From contig NC_068987.1 in NCBI RefSeq assembly GCF_001194135.2, positions 56,962,088-57,012,379 on the forward strand: 50,292 bases of DNA. The letters are read 5' to 3'. This stretch comes from Octopus bimaculoides. Its lineage: Eukaryota. Shown here piece by piece: positions 45,770 through 50,292 of this stretch. Both the position numbers and the translations under genes were made by a program. The stretch's first letter is position 1; the number at the start of each line of letters is the position of its first letter. The notes beneath the pieces were generated by a model. The model was not told the DNA's origin. It did not search any database and saw only the letters and a program-made list of their open reading frames with translations.

Positions 45770-47040
45770 CACAAGTGTGGCTGTGTGGTAAGGAGCTTAC
45801 TTCCCAACCACATGGTTTTGGGTTCAGTCCTGTGTGGCACCTTAGTCAAGTGTNNNNNNNNNNNNNNNNNNNNNNNNNNNNNNNNNNNNNNNNNNNNNNN
45901 NNNNNNNNNNNNNNNNNNNNNNNNNNNNNNNNNNNNNNNNNNNNNNNNNNNNNNNNNNNNNNNNNNNNNNNNNNNNNNNNNNNNNNNNNNNNNNNNNNNN
46001 NNNNNNNNNNNNNNNNNNNNNNNNNNNNNNNNNNNNNNNNNNNNNNNNNNNNNNNNNNNNNNNNNNNNNNNNNNNNNNNNNNNNNNNNNNNNNNNNNNNN
46101 NNNNNNNNNNNNNNNNNNNNNNNNNNNNNNNNNNNNNNNNNNNNNNNNNNNNNNNNNNNNNNNNNNNNNNNNNNNNNNNNNNNNNNNNNNNNNNNNNNNN
46201 NNNNNNNNNNNNNNNNNNNNNNNNNNNNNNNNNNNNNNNNNNNNNNNNNNNNNNNNNNNNNNNNNNNNNNNNNNNNNNNNNNNNNNNNNNNNNNNNNNNN
46301 NNNNNNNNNNNNNNNNNNNNNNNNNNNNNNNNNNNNNNNNNNNNNNNNNNNNNNNNNNNNNNNNNNNNNNNNNNNNNNNNNNNNNNNNNNNNNNNNNNNN
46401 NNNNNNNNNNNNNNNNNNNNNNNNNNNNNNNNNNNNNNNNNNNNNNNNNNNNNNNNNNNNNNNNNNNNNNNNNNNNNNNNNNNNNNNNNNNNNNNNNNNN
46501 NNNNNNNNNNNNNNNNNNNNNNNNNNNNNNNNNNNNNNNNNNNNNNNNNNNNNNNNNNNNNNNNNNNNNNNNNNNNNNNNNNNNNNNNNNNNNNNNNNNN
46601 NNNNNNNNNNNNNNNNNNNNNNNNNNNNNNNNNNNNNNNNNNNNNNNNNNNNNNNNNNNNNNNNNNNNNNNNNNNNNNNNNNNNNNNNNNNNNNNNNNNN
46701 NNNNNNNNNNNNNNNNNNNNNNNNNNNNNNNNNNNNNNNNNNNNNNNNNNNNNNNNNNNNNNNNNNNNNNNNNNNNNNNNNNNNNNNNNNNNNACCAAAG
46801 CCTTGTGAGTAGATTTGATAGACAGAAACTGAAAGAAGCCCATTCGGTGAGTGTATGTATGTGTATGTCGTGTATGTCTTTGAGTTAATGTTTGAACCTC
46901 ACCACCACCACCACTATCACTTGACAACCAGTGTTGGTGTGTTTACATCCCTGTAACTTAGCAGTTTGGCAAAAGAGGCTGATAGAATAAGTTTCATTTG
47001 ACTAAAATCCTTCAAGGCAATGTCCCAGCATGGTCACAGT
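45768..47040 (+). mobile_element. SINE family A pieces flanking a 941-N gap
   Basis: The head is at 45768-45853. The central domain resumes at 46795 (ACCAAAGCCTTGTGAG), and the second module runs to about 47040. Confidence 0.7.
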
Positions 47041-47044
47041 TTAA

Positions 47045-47086
<42 letters not shown>

Positions 47087-47118
47087 NNNNNNNNNNNNNN
47101 NNNNNNNNNNNNNNNNNN

Positions 47119-47162
<44 letters not shown>

Positions 47163-47362
47163 TCCTTGTTTATCGTGGGTGTTATATTCCCAAACCCCTG
47201 TGATAGGTGAAAATCTGTGATGTAGAAACAGTACTGTACTGCATATTTTTTAAAACTATTTTTATAATTAGTATATGTTTATTTTATTATAAATGCAAAA
47301 CAACACCACGGTGAACCGTGATATGGCAAAGGATTACTGTGTGTATGTGTGTGTGTGTGGGT

Positions 47363-47797
47363 GAAATCGAAATCGAGTTAAATTCGACGACTGGCACCGA
47401 TGCCAACGTCGTCTCCTTCATTGGACATGAAACTCAGCTTGCGAAGACATTGGGGCAAGCAAAAGCGAACCTGTGATGGCACCTGTGCCTAGCATCGCCT
47501 TTCTGGCACTTGTGCCCGCGGCATGTCTAAGGACTTTCGAGGGAGATCGTTGCCAGTGCCCCTGGACTGGCTCTTGTGCGGGTGGCACATAAAATACACC
47601 ATTTTGAGCGTGGCCGTTGCCCGTGCCGGTGGCACGTAAAAGCACCCTCTACACTCTCTGAGTGGTTGGCGTTAGGAAGGGCATCCAGCTGTAGAAACTC
47701 TGCCAAATCAGATTGGANNNNNNNNNNAGTCCTCAGTCAAATCGTCCAACCCATGCTAGCATGGAAAGTGGATGTTAAACGATGATGATGATGATGA

Positions 47798-47800
<3 letters not shown>
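47363..47800 (+). mobile_element. RTE 3' UTR/tail copy
   Basis: Same family as 36213-36720, in the opposite orientation, with a (GAT)n tail. Confidence 0.85.
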
Positions 47801-47865
<65 letters not shown>

Positions 47866-48771
47866 ATGTATGTGCTTGACAACTGCTGTTGGCTTGTTTA
47901 TGTCCCTGTAATTTAGCAGTGCTGCCAAAGAAACTTATAGTATAAGTAATGGTCTTTAAAAATAAGTACTGGAGTTGACTTGTTTTACTAAAACCCTTTA
48001 AGGTGATGTCCCAGCCACAGTCCAGGGACTGAAACAAGTAAAAGATATAGTCTTTTATTGAATATATCACTTACAATAATGTTTGCCTCAGGTAATCAAC
48101 AATTAAACTGAACATTAATGATTTGTGCACTTTCCACAGGTACCCACTAGTAAATGAAATAAATTCTGCATACAGCTGTAGCCATGGACAGTCACTATTG
48201 ATCACACAGAGGCCAGCAATTCAGAAGCCATTTAAACATGGTAATTAGTTCATAAATCATAACAATGTGATTTCTACATGTACGTTACTGAAAAGACAAT
48301 ATGACACAACATAATAACAGGGACATTTTATAAGAAGAAACCATAAATCCAATGCTTCAGTCCGAAGACTTGTTTATAATTTATGTAACTCCAACATTCC
48401 TGTGAAGGTGGTGGTGGTGGTGGTTATAGAGTCCACTGTGGGAACCATTTTTATCTATCTACTAACACAGCACTCCAGAACTTAATTCTAAACTCACCAA
48501 ACTAATTCTTCATTGTCTATGGAAGATATACTTTGACATTTGGAAGTATACCACAATGGGTCTCATTGCAAAGAAAACAACTTCTATAGTCCAGCCAACT
48601 ATCTTATCATTATTCTCACTTCAACATCTCTAAGGTCATGGAGACAACCATTGACAATGATGTTCTCTTGTCAACTTAAATCTCTCTCTCTCTCTCCAGT
48701 GACCACCAGTATAGCTTCCAAAAAACCAAATTTACTAGAGTTCTACATTCACCAGTGGGTGTTTGCTTTAA

Positions 48772-49149
48772 CCCTTTTGATACCAATCTATCAAAAACTG
48801 CTCTACGGGCATGCTGTCTTTTCTATTGCTACTATAATGGCCTCTGTTCCTTGGAACTGGCTAGTCTCATACTTCCAACATTCAGGTACCCTTGAACTAC
48901 TTGTCTCTCCACATCTTGTCACACTTGTTGCACTCAACTCCTCCCTCTGGCCCTCATCCAAACACTATGATGCAAACTTCCTGTTTTAAAGGAATATAAA
49001 TTAAAACTTTCCACTAAACTTTCATATTAATTTATGTTCTAAACACCAGATAAATAATGGCAAAGTTATTTCACTAAAGTCTTCATTATTTTCAAAACTA
49101 AATGAAACAAAGGCTGTATGTTTCAACAAAAATATGGTTAACAAAAGGG
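48772..49149. mobile_element. Family-2 TTAA MITE enlarged by a 160-bp captured segment
   Basis: TTAA|CCCTTTTGATACC...AACAAAAGGG|TTAA. The internal 48803-48963 is repeated at 49961-50104. Confidence 0.75.
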
Positions 49150-49476
49150 TTAAGAAAAATTCAATCATGGCAATATTGTAACATCAGATAGCAAAACCCT
49201 CAACAGTGTTTGGCATGCAAATCTCTTATCAGAACTTATTACATGTGGGCTTCACTGCTCTCATATCTCAGCTAATAAACATGAGTGATGCTTTGCAAGA
49301 GATCTCACATTTGGTTTGAATGCTGGATCTCACTATTACTGTGGATCTTTCTTGATGCAAGCAGATCCAAACTAGAAAACATTTCAGTCTCCAACAGACA
49401 CTGATACTACAAAACACAAGTGTGGCCCATAGTGTAGTACTGCTTCCACATGTGGGACAGTGCCTTTGCTACTATA

Positions 49477-49878
49477 CTCTTTTACTTGTTTCAGTCATTT
49501 GACTGCGACCATGCTGAAGCACCGCCTTTTTAGTCGACCACAAATCGACCCCAGGACTTATTCTATGTAAGCCTAGTACTTATTCTATCGGTCTCTTTTG
49601 CCAAACTGCTAAGTTACGGGGGACGTAAACACACTAGCATCGGTTGTCAGGCGATGGTGGGGGGACAAACACAGACACACAAACACACATATATATATAT
49701 ATATATATACATATATACGACGGGCTTCTTTCAGTTTTCCATCTACCAAATCCATTCACAAGGCTTTGGTCGGCCCGAGGCTATAGTAGAAGACACTTGC
49801 CCAAGGTGCCACGCAGTGGGACTGAACCCAGAACCATGTGGTTGGTAAGCAAGCTACTTACCACACAGCCACTCCTGC
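49477..49878 (-). mobile_element. SINE family A
   Basis: Full architecture as in 41191-41606. Confidence 0.9.
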
Positions 49879-50292
49879 AACTATGCATACAGACATCTTG
49901 TAAAACATACAGAAAAGGGTCAATCAACTGATTAACATTCAATATGTTCCAGTCTCTGGTCTACAGGCATGCTGTCTTTTCTATTGCTAATATAATGGCC
50001 TCTGTTCCTTGGAACTGGCTAGTCTCATACCCTTGAACTACTTGTCTCCCCACATCTTGTCACACTTGTTGCACTCAACTCCTCCCTCTGGCCCTCATCC
50101 AAACTCTATATTCTATTCTTCCTCCCTAGAACATCAGTCCTCTGGAATCTTCTCATTAATGTCTTTACTGCAGGAGTTGACTTGCAACAGTTTAAACATA
50201 TTAACAGCAACAAGCTCACCAGTCTTGGAGGGCCTGTAAAGTTCATGGTTTCTACCTGTTCTAAGACTGAGCAAGTAAATACACACACAAAC

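Noticed and set aside
45775-46927. Long ORFs of 250-367 aa in the ORF track (also 2680-3615 and 7062-7823)
   Set aside because: They are artefacts of N-runs translated as X.

Overview
This is AT-rich, repeat-dense eukaryotic (animal) genomic DNA from a gapped draft scaffold. The SINE, RTE and MITE families look like those of coleoid cephalopods (Octopus-like); this is my inference and not a database result. I see no CRISPR array, rRNA or genuine tRNA gene. The only confident host coding sequence is a minus-strand 891-bp terminal exon (31814->30924) of a DUF829/TMEM53-like alpha/beta-hydrolase. A second, clean 231-bp minus-strand exon of an unidentified protein lies at 25882->25652. The rest is a layered transposon landscape: a young non-autonomous Gypsy element with intact LTRs, tRNA-Trp PBS, PPT and TSD (1431-3936); two decayed hAT transposases; a CRE non-LTR 3' end; an R4/Dong LINE interrupted by a Buster-type hAT, a MITE and a SINE; two mariners; RTE fragments; Penelope remnants; TTAA MITEs; and several tRNA-derived SINE families. 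The most unusual structures are (i) a Merlin-like fold-back element with an 8-bp TSD whose core is head-to-head (TTAGGG)n/(CCCTAA)n flanked by inward-facing CCAAT+TGACGTC modules, (ii) two hammerhead-ribozyme-like cores, each inside a short palindrome, (iii) three adjacent fold-back hairpins at 18.4-18.9 kb, (iv) paired NRF1-like palindromes conserved between divergent LTRs, and (v) five copies of an 11-mer just 3' of the hydrolase stop codon. All alignments and translations were done by eye.
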